A stretch of 64,000 nucleotides of DNA from Ostrea edulis (GCF_947568905.1 NC_079168.1:3782001-3846000); one strand, 5' to 3'. Positions 1 through 13,408 are shown, counted from the first letter of the stretch. The notes: generated by a model from the sequence alone, not told the origin. A program made the numbers and translations.

Positions 1-565
1 TTGAGACATGTACATGTATGAAGAAACGAGTACCATCTGCCTGGTCTGCGACTCGACTGAACGTCTTCTTTTCTTAAATTCCTCTTGCAAAAGAACGGGC
101 TCGAATCTATACGACTCCAACCTTAACTATTCGTGACTTGTCATGTTTACAGTGCTGCTGATGATATAAACCGGAACCGACGGTGTGACGTAATAAATTA
201 AACTTCAATGGCCGCTCTCTTGGCGGCGGGTAATTTGAAATATAAGATACATTAATATTGATTTAATTGTTAAGCAAGGATTTTTGTTGTTAAAGACTGT
301 AATTTATTATATCAATAAGTAATACTTTATTCATAAAGGCAACAATGTGGTTAGGGTTGCCTTTCAGAAATGAAACTTATGGTTCTTTATTTGATGCATG
401 ATGCGCATTGATGAAAAAGTTTTCCGTCCAATTTTTCGTATGATACATGCATCAAATAAAGAATTATAAGTTTTATTTATGATCATTTAATTATATTTTT
501 GCAAATAGTTTCTCTCATCAAAAAGCTTGAATTAACTTTTTTGAAATGGCGCATAGGAATACCTA
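1..565 (-). mobile_element. Probable end of a non-autonomous Kolobok-like DNA element with a decayed 'YRFEP' (P2X7-ballast-like/KolX-like) first exon
   Basis: Minus strand from ATG at ~144 reads MTSHE*LRLESYRFEPVLLQEEFKKRRR, then a GT donor at ~33. The (P)YxFEP motif recalls the N-terminus of stand-alone P2X7-C-terminal-like proteins. The segment ends in ...GGAATACCT (~565). The family call is from memory. Confidence 0.35.
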
Positions 566-791
566 TACGTAACAATGAAAACAACAATTAAAATGGGTGT
601 GCGTTCGGGTGAGGTAGGCTAGAGTTACTGTGCAGAATTAAATGGATTATACGCCAAATTGAAGATGCAATGGTTAAATGATGAAATAGATATAAAGGAA
701 GAGAACAACTGGTGACTGGATGTATGCTGCTTTGCATTCGAGACGTTAAACACTGGTTGTATCGTAGGAACGGTGGAATGCTACTCGGCTC

Positions 792-1265
792 CAGTGGCGG
801 ATTTAAGGGGGGCGCAGCCGCCCCCACCCCCACCCCACCCCACCCCCCACCCCCACCACCACCCCTACTAAAATTGTCAAATTGAAGGTAAATCGTGGTA
901 TCTTGTTTAGAAAAATGTACTAAACGATAAAAGAAGCAATACTTTCTTCCACTCCCGGAGAAATAAATGACAAAATCTTTTGATTTCTTGAATTACTTTA
1001 TTGGGAGAACTTAATTTTTTCCAAAAAACCCTTAAAATTAGCGTCATTTCATTAATTTCACCTTATTGAAAATGATAGAAAATAGTACTAATGACTAAAT
1101 AGGAGACATATTTCAAGCCCTATAACATCTGTAAAATCCAGGAGCTTCCGGGGGCTTCGCCCTCTAGGCCCCACCAGGGCTTGCCCCCCCCCCCCCCCAA
1201 CAACAACCCTGCCTCATAAATTAAAGTGGCGCCCCCTGTAACCGCAATTCCTGGATCCGCCCCTG
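792..1265. mobile_element. MITE family 1 (TIR CAGTGGCGGAT.../...GGATCCGCCCCTG), copy 1
   Basis: Imperfect terminal inverted repeats; flanks GGCTC/GGCTT (5-bp TSD, one mismatch); internal sequence shared with 2626-3058 and 27042-27499. Confidence 0.85.
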
Positions 1266-2625
1266 GGCTTCATTTCAATATCAAGTAAAAAGTTCAACAC
1301 CTTTTCATCTAAATTGCTCTCGTTGACTGAGCCTCATATAACGCAGTTCAATTTCATTAATATTTACCAGATCAAAAGTCGCTGCTTCCTCCGTCATGTT
1401 ATCGAACTCGTAGAAGCAGACCATACATAGGCCTATCGTAATCTGTCTACTTCTACCAGTCAGTGTCCTACGTCATCAAGTTGACTATATTCTGACACGT
1501 CATCACTAGGCCTATGTCTTTTATGTGTGTTGTTTCTTTAAATTAATTTGTATTTTATTCACATCTTTGGTTGCGTTTATTTTTGGTAGCATCAAACAAA
1601 TACATTTCGTTTACAATGCATGTATGGAAATTCCCGTTCTGTAAATAGCGCTAAAATTAGAACGGCCGTTAACGGGGATAATTCCAGGGAAAAGTAGTCC
1701 CGTGTGCTTAGTGCAGATGAACTCCGGACGAATGTTTTGTTTTGACATAGAAATCAAACGAATTTTTCATCCAATCAGCATCGTTGTTAAGTCATCACTT
1801 TAAAACTTATTAAATGATAGAGAAATCAAACGAATTTTTCAACCAATCAGCATCGTTGTTAAGTCATCACTTTAAAAGTTATTAAATGATTTATAAATTA
1901 CGTCATGTGCAACAGTAGTCAGGGGAATGGTGAAAGAGACATTCGGATGTTTTAACTGGGCTCATGAAAAGCAATTTATTGTCTAGAATGAATGCTGGTC
2001 GTCAGAGAAAATAACAAGTAATTTCTTCAAAAACATGAAAAGAAACACGACAAATCTCCTTGTATGTAGATCGGTACCTTGTTAACAGATATAAAGTGTT
2101 TTGAATAATGAATTCTGTATAGTTGTACACAATATTCATTAAAATGTCAATAAAATAATTTTTAATGATATAATCTATTCTTTTATTTATTTCGTGCACC
2201 CTTTAATTTGGAGATGCATACGAATTTAATGTGCATTAATTTACTTCCCGTTAAATATTATCGCCATGTGAACGTTATTTAATTCGAATCAAATTAATGC
2301 GCATTATTTTACTTCGCATTAAAATTAATGCGAAGTAAAATTTAATGCGCATTTCTGTACATCTTCTTCAAACAAGGGGGTATGACTTACCTATTTCACA
2401 ATTAGATGCCTCATGAGCAAGCCTTTCAATTTGACCTAGTGACCTTGATCTTGGACTTTGGCCTACTTTTAAATATATTTCACCTGGCGTTAGCTTGTGA
2501 ACCACAGGAGATATAACTTTGATATTTCAAAATGGATTCTTCATGACCAAGCCTTTCATTTCTTACCATGACTTTTTACCCTGAACTTTGACCTAATTTC
2601 AAAAACTTTTAACCGTAGCTATACT

Positions 2626-3058
2626 CAGTGGCGGATTTAAGGGGGGGGGGCGCAGCCGGCGCGTACCCCCCTAAAATTTTCAAATTTAAGGTAAATCGGG
2701 GTATCTTGTTTAGAAAAATGTACTAAACGATAAAAGAAGCAATAATTTCTTCCACTCCCGGAGAAATAAATGACAAAATCTTTTGTTTTCTTGCATAACT
2801 TTATTGGGAGAACTTAATTTTTTCCAAAAACTTAAAATTTGCGTAATTTTATTAATTTCACCTTATTAGAAATGATAGAAAATAGTACAAATTACTAAAT
2901 AGGGGACATATATTTCAAGCCTTTAAAATCCCGGAGCTTCTGGGGGCTTCGCCCCTGGGCCCCCGTTAGGGTTTCGCCCTCCAGACCGCCTGCCTCATAA
3001 GGTGGCGCCGCCCCCCCCCCCCCCCCCCCCGTAACCGCAATTCCTGGATCCGCCCCTG
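2626..3058. mobile_element. MITE family 1, copy 2
   Basis: Same TIRs; perfect 5-bp TSD ATACT (2621-2625 and 3059-3063); inserted in a decayed GACCTTGACC-type element (~2380-3150). Confidence 0.9.
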
Positions 3059-3759
3059 ATACTGTTATATCTTTTAAAATAAGGAGGATATTGTAAGTAG
3101 GGCCACACTTCCCGGTGAACTATGGTGTCTTCTGACAACTCTCCTCACAAGTTACGATTGTACTTCCTATTGGTCTTAGAGAATCAAATATGAAAAGCGC
3201 TGTTGGGTTGTATACCAGCCAAATTTCCTTTCATCCTTTCAATAGAATTCAATATTTGGGTTTTATTTTACCTTCTTTATAATTGAACCACGTATCACGT
3301 ATCACGTCAATACCAAATACCTGTAATTCATAAAACTGTTGTTACCTCTTGTAAAATTTGGTCTCTTGTGTTATACTCAATGAATTATAGTTTTTATGGT
3401 TTAATGAAGCTAGTAAAAAATTCATATATACAGGTAGATCCTGCATTGGAGTCCATAGGTATTGCTAGTGGTGGATCCAGCGCCGTCACCCCGGGCGCAC
3501 CCCCACCCTCTTATTTCATCAGAACTCCGTAGGTTGATGGGGCTTCTCTAGTCTCCCATCAGGGCTTCGCCCTGGATCCACTGGGGGCTTCATGACAGCT
3601 CCTCCCAAATCCCCTAACTTTTTACAGAGCCTCCGTTCTGAAATTTCAGGATCCGTCATCCACTGTTGCATAGAAACATACCTTGTTAAGGACTGCGGAT
3701 CCATTACATATTAACAAATTCATCAAAGATTATTCCGACCAAGCTATCACTACCAACAT

Positions 3760-4030
3760 ACACAGGCAAAAAGAATATTCCACATTTAATGTATTAATCT
3801 GTGGGGTGTTTGTATTTCCACAGACATTACAAAAAGAATATTCCTCCTTAATGTATTAATCTGTACGGCGTTTACTGTTTAATGTATTAATCTGTAGGGC
3901 GCTTGTATTATCACAAACATTACAAAAAGAATATTCCTCCTTAATGTATTAATCTGCAAAGTGTTTGTATCATCACTGACATTCCTCCTTAATGCATTAA
4001 TATGTAGGGTGTTTATATCACCACATACAT
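3760..4030. repeat. Short degenerate tandem repeat (~65-70 bp, 3-4 copies)
   Basis: Recurring ACATTACAAAAAGAATATTCCTCCTTAATGTATTAATCTG. Confidence 0.7.
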
Positions 4031-4717
4031 GACAAAAATAACATTGTATCATGAAATGTATACAGGTAATGAAAGGAAAAGGTAATTTGTTTAATCGATG
4101 AAAAGTAATATACAGAAAGACAACACATTTCAATGTTTACATATCATTGTATTAACAAACAACGTTCGCATTAAATTGAAAGAAAAAAGACAAAGATACT
4201 CCGATTAACTTTCTATACAAAGCAGGTCTTTTTGACACAAACGTGAATTCCATATGAGGAATTATAAAAATTGAAACGGCGCAGAATTATTATCATCAAG
4301 AAAGAAACATCTTATAATTGTTGTAATGGTGCCCAGTGCTGGGCGGAATATCATTGCTCTCTGACATTATGATGCAAATTCTGTAAACAATTCATGTCTT
4401 CCATAGGACAGTTTTTTTATGCACCTATATGTGTATTGCAATTTTGCAATTCAAATTGCGTTCACTCATTCCAAAAATGGTGATGCTAATTGAAATGCAC
4501 ATTAGGAAAAAAAACTATTTCTTTAAATTTTAATTCTGCATAATATACGATTGGAATTTGTATCAAAGCGTTCCCAATGTGCATTTTCAATTTGCATAGC
4601 TCATTCATCTTGTGAATATAAAATCATTTCGAAGGTGCATTGGATGCTGACGCCCCACGTGTGACCGAGCATTTTAAATGATGTTAGTGATGTATTTTGT
4701 GTCGGTTTGTTTCCTAA

Positions 4718-6632
4718 TCACGTGTCAAAATCACAGATGAAGTCAGTGAGTCTCTCCAAAGCTCTGTTATTCATATCGCAGGCGTACATCCCTCTGGTGG
4801 TGAGAAACGCAATGTCCACAATAGCTCTGAGGTCCCGGAATTTGTCCCCATACAGAAGTTTTTCGGAGGCCTGGGGTGGTAAGGCGTGGATCTCTTTGTG
4901 GTGTATCACAGCTACCACCACAGATCTGGAACCTTTAGAGAAAAGAAAGAAAATATTGAAACACTGTATGACAATTAAAACACCCCTCCCCAAACAGACC
5001 CAAAATACGAATAAAACTTCATTACATTCGGTCCAATTTATTCATTACATTTCGAAAAAAGTTCCGAATTCATCATCCACTGAAATATGATTTTTTTGAT
5101 AAAAAGTTTATTTGTGAAGTTCTACATTTTCTTTTTTCAGTTTGCAGAATTTATACACGTTTAAACATGTCAATACCATGGTGATATTTGTAATTTTACA
5201 GCAGGTTGTCACACATACATTGTGGAAGACGTCGCATGAACTTGTACCGGGAGCTAACACAGGGGCTAAGCCCATTTTGGGCCCGAACACTGTGATACCA
5301 TATATATATAGAGAGAGATTTATGGTATCACAGTGTTCAGGCCCAAAACGGGCTTAGCCCCTGTGGGAGCTAAGATCACGCTGAAATTGACGAAACAAGC
5401 CACAAATATCAGACATTAGGGAGTTAGGATCACACTTACACGTGACATTTTGGAGAGCTTGCTCTACGTCTGTACCAAGCCTGGACGCGTTGATACAAAG
5501 AACTATAAGGGGTTTGTGGACGGGGACCATTTTGGCGTCATGTGTGGACATAATGTCCAGTTTTCTGTCCTTAATGGCCCCTAGGTGCTGCGTCAAGATT
5601 TCCTTTAGCTCGGATCTTACGGCAGTCGAAATCCGCTCATTCATTGACGGCGCATACATGTAAACTTGTACTGAAAATGTATGATCATACAATCACGCAC
5701 TGAAATAATAAAGACTTTACAAATATTCTTTAATGAATAATATCCAAATGTTATAAATGTGTCTGTAAGAAACAGTCAATTCTTAAATCATATGAGTAGG
5801 CAATTTGTGAAATGTAAACCCGAGATAAGTGTTAAAAGGTAGGCAATTTGTATCCTTAACTGATTACATGTGTTGATAAAAATAAAATAATGGTATAGGG
5901 TAATAGTATATTGTATAGTGAATTAAATTAATAACACTCTGCTGTAGACTGCATTATATTCTTTTAATTTATGTGTTTACCACGCTCAACTGACTGAAAT
6001 ACATCTCCCAACTTATAGGTTTTTTGAACTCCTTTTTATCACGTTTTCTCTCCTTTTTTTTATCGCAATATTTTTATCCCTCTCCTCAAATTTTAAACAA
6101 TAGATGAATAAATTGATTATGAACAGATACAACTGTGCCTGTGTATCTTTATCGTGTAGTTCTCTCAGTTTAATGCAAAACAAAATATGTGTGCTATTTG
6201 AGGATCATTTGGAGAAACAACTAGATGTATACTATAACATCTTCAACAAAATGTATACCAACCTACCCTTACTATTAATAGAGTCGGGAAAGGGCCAAAC
6301 ACGATCTTATTAAAGATGACCTAACCTGGTTTTTTGCGAGAAGCCAACTCCAAATTCGTTATTTCATCCCGCAGCTCTTGGTTTTTATTCCTCAGTTTAC
6401 TGGTTTCATTTTTCAGTTCTCCGTTTTCTTTCTGCAGTTTCCCGTTTTCATTAAGCAGTTTTGTGTTTCTTTCCTCCAATCCTCTGATTTTAGTCTTCAG
6501 CTCATGCTCCAAATGTCTGTTCCCCTCGTGTGAAGGTCGTGCTCCTTCCAGTAATTTCTCTACACTTTCCTTTCCCTCCTTTAGTTTTGTAATCTTGATG
6601 TTTTGAGATTCGACTTGTTTATGAAGAACTTG
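4718..6632 (-). CDS. 3' three exons (6632-6326, 5670-5440, 4932-4718) of an uncharacterised protein: coiled coil plus C-terminal alpha/beta 'SRxGTD' domain; 5' exons unresolved (probably within 7800-9100)
   Basis: AG/GT sites (tttcag|CAA, CCAG|gttagg, ttttcag|TA, ACGT|gtaagt, aaag|GT) join in frame: 753 nt, 250 aa plus TGA. Heptad-rich exon ...KTKIRGLEERNTKLLNENGKLQKEN..., then VQVYMY...PLIVLCINASRLGTDVEQALQNVTCSRSVVVAVIHH...IVDIAFLTTRGMYACDMNNRALERL. Confidence 0.8.
5258..5365. mobile_element. 108-bp fold-back mini-MITE with 8-bp TSD, in the last intron of the coiled-coil gene
   Basis: Near-perfect ~42-bp inverted arms (CACAGGGGCTAAGCCC.../...GGGCTTAGCCCCTGTG), (TA)n(GA)n loop, TSD GGAGCTAA at 5250-5257 and 5366-5373. 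Confidence 0.85.
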
Positions 6633-7299
6633 CTGAAACAACACGAGAAAGTTACTCTACTACATAGCTTTATAATTTTAGAAAGCTGGGATGTTTCATG
6701 TGAGTGTCAATAAAATAGATAGATAAAGCATAAACACACTACCGATGTTATAGATATTGGTCAGTAATTATTACAAAATCCTTAATTGTCTTTATTTTTG
6801 TAGGCAGGTACATTGTTAGGTGATTTCATTAGGATTATGAATTTGTAATGATATATTAACTAGTTTCGATGCTGGTTTGTATACAGTATCTTAAAGTATT
6901 GTTGGTGTAAGTGTAAACTTCTCTAGTTTGTTTCTAGAATATATTTTGTGCAAGTGATTGTACTTTTTTTTAAAAATCATGTCCCATTCGAGAATTTTTC
7001 ACTCATACAGAGACGACCCCAGCTGTAGGTGATGTGCCATCAATTTTAGAAAGGGTTCTTCAACGAGCTGGTCCAACACCTGCGGTGACATGGGGCCCCT
7101 GTCGTTTTGATGTTTTAGCCGAGAAACCAGTGACCTTCATATCTAATACCAGGTACTTATCATCACAAGAGAGATAATGCAATGACTTTATTCTCATAAA
7201 CAAGTTTTACGGTGTTATATACAATACAAATCGGCATTTACTCATGTGTAGTAAACCTCTTAATTAACCCGGAGGTTGAACTCAATATAACTTGTAATT

Positions 7300-7549
7300 C
7301 CGTGGAGATCCGAGTTAGAATAGGTCCTCAGCACCCGTTGCTTGTCGGAGAAGGCGACTAAATGGGGCGGTCCTTCGGATGAGACCGCAAAAACAGAGGT
7401 CCCGTGTCACAGTAGGTGTGGCACGATAAAGAACCCTCCCTGCTCAAAGGCCAAAAGCGCCGAGCATAGGCCTAAATTTTGTAGTCCTTCACCGGCAGTA
7501 GTGACGTCTCCATATGAGTGAAATATTCTCGAAACAATATTCAATCAAT
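7300..7549 (+). mobile_element. SINE copy (common bivalve-type SINE)
   Basis: Reverse-complement match to 45231-45491 over ~250 bp; short TCAA-type tail; AATATAACTT occurs on both sides (7284-7293, 7550-7559). Confidence 0.8.
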
Positions 7550-9260
7550 AATATAACTTATAAGTTTACGTAATTTCAACAACAAAATTTTATCTGTTGA
7601 GTTAATGAGGTTATTATATTTAAATATTATTAGAATTTAAATGATATATTTCAGGTAAACAGAATTTTCGCATGGATGCAATATCGACAATACTACCTTT
7701 TAAAAGGTAATGATATTCATCCCCAATTTTATCTAAATCGCAAAATGTAAATTTTCTTTCACATCGTGGAATATTATGTCATCTACCAGTTTCAATTGGT
7801 AGTTTGACATTACAACATCTATATTTACATGTACATATGTTTTTTTGCATTTTTGTTTGGGAGGTGTTTGAGATAACTTTCTAAACGCGGTGTTGTTTTT
7901 AAAAATTCTATTTTTGATTGCTTTAGGCGAATTAGAAATATTTCTCTGCCATTTCTGTACAAATTGATCATACAATAATTCTATAAACAGTATTTTGTAA
8001 CCAATTTACACTAGGGAATCTATGAGACAACCAAATCACAGGCACTTGTTTCTGTAAATGACTTATGACCTCTGTATACTAATAACAACACAAGGTAACT
8101 AGCTTCAAATGACACAGAATGGCACCCCCTGAGAATGTCGGCCTTTTGAGCTTCCAGGGAATATGCGATGCTAATGTATTTACTACCGTTGTATTGTACA
8201 ATCATTCAACTTAAAAACCATGTATGACATGACTGCATTCATTGCCTCTTATCGCCGAAAACTGCAACAAAACATGGATTTTCCGTTTTATACCACGAAG
8301 TGCTATGTACTGATACCGCACAGAATGAAAATTGTATATTCGTTGTGTTGAAAAATAAAGTCTCATTGTTTTATTATCACAATAAATTGATACGATGTTT
8401 ATTACCAAAAAATCTTGAACATATTGGTTTGTTAACAAAATAAAAATTTTGAATTGAAGACGCTGTACGCTATTTTTAGTTACTCAAAAAAAACCAAAGC
8501 TGTTCGTACGTTTCGGGATTTTACATGTCATCAGAAGATAGAAGCTAAGACCTCCCGAGTTGAGATTTAAAAATATTTTCGTGTCGGAATCATTTCTGAT
8601 GAAGATAATAATAAAATTATGACTTACTGTAAATACAACTTCGTTAACTAGTATGAGAAATATTTCTGCCAATTGCATGTTTCATGCAGATCTATGGAAA
8701 GTCAGAGAAAATACAGATAAAAGATTATTTGGAAGTATGCAAAATAGAGCAAGGAAAGTTTTTTTTAGTGATGTGTTATTGACTTTGTGATATGTATTGA
8801 TGTGGCAAGTACCTGTTGTTACATTGAAGTTTTATGAAACCCACCATAAGTACCAAGAACGCTGCAGGCACATATCAATGTTTTTCGGAGGCGACTGGCC
8901 AACCCTTAACATTAACTGTTATTTCCATGCATGCAAATGAAGATATATTGCGAGACTGACCCCTCCACTATTTTTGATAGTACTATGTAGTAGTGAATGA
9001 GAAGATATTAATGCATGTAAGCTTGAAAGTTTTGAATTGAAGCCCTGGAGCAAAGAATGACCCCTCTCAGCCTGAGGGGAAAAAATTAAGACAGCATTGA
9101 CGAACACTGTGTGAACTCTGACAGTATTAGTACTTCTGAATGATTGTTAAACAATGTTATTTATTTTCATTGCTATAATTAATTGCTTGTTAACCTCTAC
9201 GAGCCCCCCCCCCGCCCCCCTCCCCCCCGGAGGGCCCTTGATTGGTGAATAAACAATAAA

Positions 9261-10740
9261 CATAACGTAATGATGTAACCACATAATATAAAGAGCTATC
9301 GACATAACGTAATGATGTAACCACATAACATAAAGAGCTATCAACATAACGTAATGATGTTACCACATAATGTAATGATGTAACCACATAACATAATGAT
9401 GTAACCACATAACATAATGATGTAACCACATAACATAAAGAGGTATCGACATAACGTAATGATGTAACCACATAATGTAATGATGTAACCACATAACATA
9501 ATGATGTAACCACATAACATAATGATGTAACCACATAACATAAAGAGGTATCGACATAACGTAATGATGTAACCACATAACATAATGATGTAACCACATA
9601 ACATAATGATGTAACCACATAACATAAAGAGGTATCGACATAACGTAATGATGTAACCACATAACGTAATGATGTAACCACATAACATAATGATGTAACC
9701 ACATAACATAATGATGTAACCACATAACGTAATGATGTTACCACATAACGTAATGATGTTACCACATAACATAAAGAGGTATCGACATAACATAATGATG
9801 TAACCACATAACGTAATGATGTAACCACATAACATAATGATGTAACCACATAACGTAATGATGTAATCACATAACGTAATGATGTAACCACATAACATAA
9901 TGATGTAACCACATAACGTAATGATGTAACCACATAACGTAATGATGTAACCACATAACGTAATGATGTTACCACATAACGTAATGATGTTACCACATAA
10001 CGTAATGATGTAACCACATAACGTAATGATGTAACCACATAACGTAATGATGTAACCACATAACGTAATGATGTAACCACATAACGTAATGATGTAACCA
10101 CATAACGTAATGATGTAACCACATAACGTAATGATGTAACCACATAACGTAATGATGTTACCACATAACATAATGATGTAACCACATAACGTAATGATGT
10201 TACCACATAATGTAATGATGTAACCACATAATGTAATGATGTAACCACATAACGTAATGATGTAACCACATAATGTAATGATGTAACCACATAACATAAT
10301 GATGTAACCACATAACATAATGATGTAACCACATAACATAAAGAGGTATCGACATAACGTAATGATGTAACCACATAATGTAATGATGTAACCACATAAC
10401 ATAATGATGTAACCACATAACATAATGATGTAACCACATAACATAATGATGTAACCACATAACATAATGATGTAACCACATAACATAAAGAGGTATCGAC
10501 ATAACGTAATGATGTAACCACATAATGTAATGATGTAACCACATAACATAATGATGTAACCACATAATGTAATGATGTAACCACATATCATAAAGAGGTG
10601 TCGACATAACGTAATGGTGTAACATAGATAACGTAATGATGTAACCACATAACGTAATGATGTAACCACATAACATAAAGAGGTATCGACATAACGTAAT
10701 GGTGTAACATATACATGTATAACATAATGGTGTAACCATA
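9261..10740. repeat. 21-bp minisatellite, ~70 copies (CATAACGTAATGATGTAACCA plus variant CATAACATAAAGAGGTATCGA)
   Basis: Direct reading; explains ORFs 9190..10584, 9341..10669, 9360..9725 and 10200..10739. Confidence 0.95.
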
Positions 10741-10746
10741 TCCTGG

Positions 10747-13408
10747 CGTTACCGGTTTTCGATAGTGTAATACAATTTTTACAAATTTGATATGTTCAGT
10801 GTTTTATTTCTCACCTTAATTCTATCTGTTCTGAACAATTGACCATATTTAATACATATATACTGTTTTTTGCGTAAAACTATCAAAATCCCGGTAGCAT
10901 TTCAACTTTCTTGAGATCCGCCATGATCAGGGTTGTTTTGAGTGACGTCACCTATTTTCGATAGTAAGTATGGCGCGCTGTTAGTGTTAAAACAACATGA
11001 AATAAAGTCTTTTCTAGATTATTTTTTCAATCAATTTGAATATACAAAATAAATTTGAATTCATAATTAACGACATTAAACAAATTTATGAAGTTTTTTT
11101 TTTCTCTCAATTGATTGTGTAAAATTAATTTGCTTGCAACGTATTGCAGTTAAAAATGTTAAACACAATGGGGACATTTTATCTGTGTGTCTCTTCTGAT
11201 CACCTTTTCCTTGACACAGAAAGAAAGGTGGACCCAATGTCCACAATGGCACTGTCCCCACCCTACAAACTCAATGTAAGGCTTAAACTTCAACTGTTCT
11301 GGCTCCAGTTTGTCACAAACACAACATCGTTCCTCATCTGCTATAGATTCCTCATCTGACAATGCAGGCAAAAGATGTGATTCAGAAGTAGAAGTGAAAA
11401 CTGTTGAAGGACCTGCTTTCTCATTAGATGGTGAATATTTGCCTTTTTTCTTCAATTAATTTCCCCTTTCCTTTTCCCTTCCCTTTGATTGATTTTTCTG
11501 TTGACTTTTCATTGTAATCCCGAATTTTTTCAAACACTTCTTGTTCTGTGATGGCTTTCCCAGCAATGATGGTACTCAGATTTCTTCTTGGTTTCTTGGC
11601 CTTCCCAGCAGCTAATAGAACTTCTCCCCCACGTTTGTTAAAAAAACTTTCGGCTGTAGCTGAAATGTTCTCATCAGTGGTTTCAGATGTTGTTTGAGCA
11701 TTGATGATGTCTGCCTTGCCTTTGTATACAAGAGATGGTAGAGTCTTGTTTTCACTGATTGATGATGAATTCAGAGGGTATATATCAGTTCTCCTGAAGG
11801 CTGATCTTAAATTCTGAGGACTAAGGGCTGTATCATACACTTTTCACACCATCCTGCACACATCATATCTTGTCACAGAGCGACCAACACTTTGGCGCAT
11901 AAATTTGTGAGCTTCCTGCTGATACAAGGTCTCAAATGGCCCAAAACATCCAACATCCATCGGCTGCAAAAGGTGACTAGTGTGTGGCGGCAATACAAAA
12001 AGAATAATGTTATTTTCACGAGGCCATTGGATTAAAGATAAAGAAGTATGGCTTCTGTGTCCATCATACAAAAGAAGAATTGGCTGCTCTGGGTTCCTAG
12101 ACTGGACATATTTGGTGAAGTGGTTCTTAATATAACTATTGAAAATGTCAGTATTAGAATAGCCTGTATCACTCATGGATCCATCACGGCCAGTAGTATC
12201 ACCGTCAAATAGTTCCGGTAGCACTCGCTTACCTGGAAACATCAGATAGGGAGGAATACTGGATCCCAAAGCATTACCACACCCTAGTACAGTTATTGTT
12301 TGTGGTCTCTCAGAAGTCACGATTTGTGCTGGCATCCCTTTAGCTGAAATGATGTTTGGAGGCTTTGATCCACCAGTATTGATTCCTTTTTCGTCAGCAT
12401 TGAATATATGTTGGGGTTTATCCCTCAGTCCATGTCTGTCAATGATAGTTTCTAGTTCTTCAAAGTACTTCTTGATGCATTCTGGTGACGCAGCTTTTGC
12501 TCGAAGTTCTGATAATCCTGATGGTTTCACGGCATGAAGTTCAGGCCACCTTTTCATGAAGTTGTAGTACCACTTCATTGTCAAGTCTTTACCCTTTTCT
12601 CTGATACCTAGATCTGCAGCATAATCAGATGCTAGATTCAACACTTCTGCCCGAGTGTATCCATATCCTATCTCTGACATGGTCTTCACATGCTCTACCA
12701 TGTAGGATTCCTGTTCCTGTGTAAACAGTGGTGGAGGTCCTGACGAGACACACTCAATACTAATACGTCCATCTACCCTATCTCTTAAAGTTGTTAAGGG
12801 GACTTGAAAACGTTTGGCTGCACCATGGACACTCATACCATCTTTAACCGCCTGGAATGCATTGTCTAATGCTTCTGGACCATAATTCTTATAAGTTCCT
12901 CTCTGGACGGAAAATATCTGTAAACAAATAAACAATGAATTAATATCTGCAAACAAATAAACAACGTATCAATAAAAACAAATTTTAAAGCAAAGATATT
13001 TTTTTCAAAATGTATGGTAATATGACTATAACGCGCTTCCATAGTTTTTATTTTGAAGCGAGAGTTTACCCAAAGTGAGGCTTATCTATTTTTAGAACAT
13101 AACGTTGAGTTGATCATCAGACGACAGCATATCTCGATTAGGCGTTGTTTTCAACTAAAAATGGTTGGGGTTTTAGTGTGATTTTTTTTTTGCATTAAGG
13201 AAACATGGCGTTTTCTGAACCTATGCATATAGAATTGTAGTCTTACCTCTCTGAAAGGCATAATTCTTGATATTTTCGGCTATCTGACACTTGTTGCTAC
13301 TGACGCTGATTATGAGGAAAAAGTTCCGAAAAATGACGTCACGATTTCCGAATGATCGTTAAAAATAAAAACCTATCGAAATTAGGATACTATCGAAAAC
13401 CGGTAACG
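10747..13408 (-). mobile_element. pogo/Tigger-family (Tc1/mariner superfamily) DNA transposon, 2.66 kb
   Basis: Perfect 20-bp TIR CGTTACCGGTTTTCGATAGT (10747-10766) and its reverse complement (13389-13408); subterminal TTTCGATAG repeats; encloses the transposase gene. No clean TA TSD is visible. Confidence 0.9.
11159..13261 (-). pseudogene. Transposase pseudogene: HTH_psq/CENP-B-type DNA-binding region, DDE_1 endonuclease, C-terminal PHD-like finger
   Basis: Putative exon 1 MPFRE (13261-13247, gtaaga donor) splices in phase 0 to 12917 IFSVQRGTYKNY. Motifs: AAKRFQVPLTTLRDRV, IFNADEKG, LLLYDGHRSH, LPPHTSHLLQPMDVGCFGPF; C-terminal CCVCDK...GQCHCGHWVHLSFC...CPHC. One in-frame TGA (11844-11846) and one frameshift (~11455). 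Confidence 0.9.

Noticed and set aside
588-1400. Reading frame restored by removing MITE copy 1 (faint BEL/Pao-like impression)
   Set aside because: Stops and frameshifts, and no diagnostic motif; needs a tBLASTn search to decide.
6334-6606. Antisense ORFs over real exons (also 26331..26621, 12349..12537, 38455..38673, 54035..54268)
   Set aside because: Shadow frames of coding sequence on the opposite strand.
7800-8700. Candidate 5' exons of the coiled-coil gene (e.g. MQLAEIFLILVNEVVFT, 8678-8628)
   Set aside because: Several splice and frame options are equally plausible, so none is asserted without transcripts.
9190-10739. 464-aa (VVTSLRY)n and overlapping repeat ORFs
   Set aside because: Translation of a 21-bp minisatellite in several frames; no splice or domain context.
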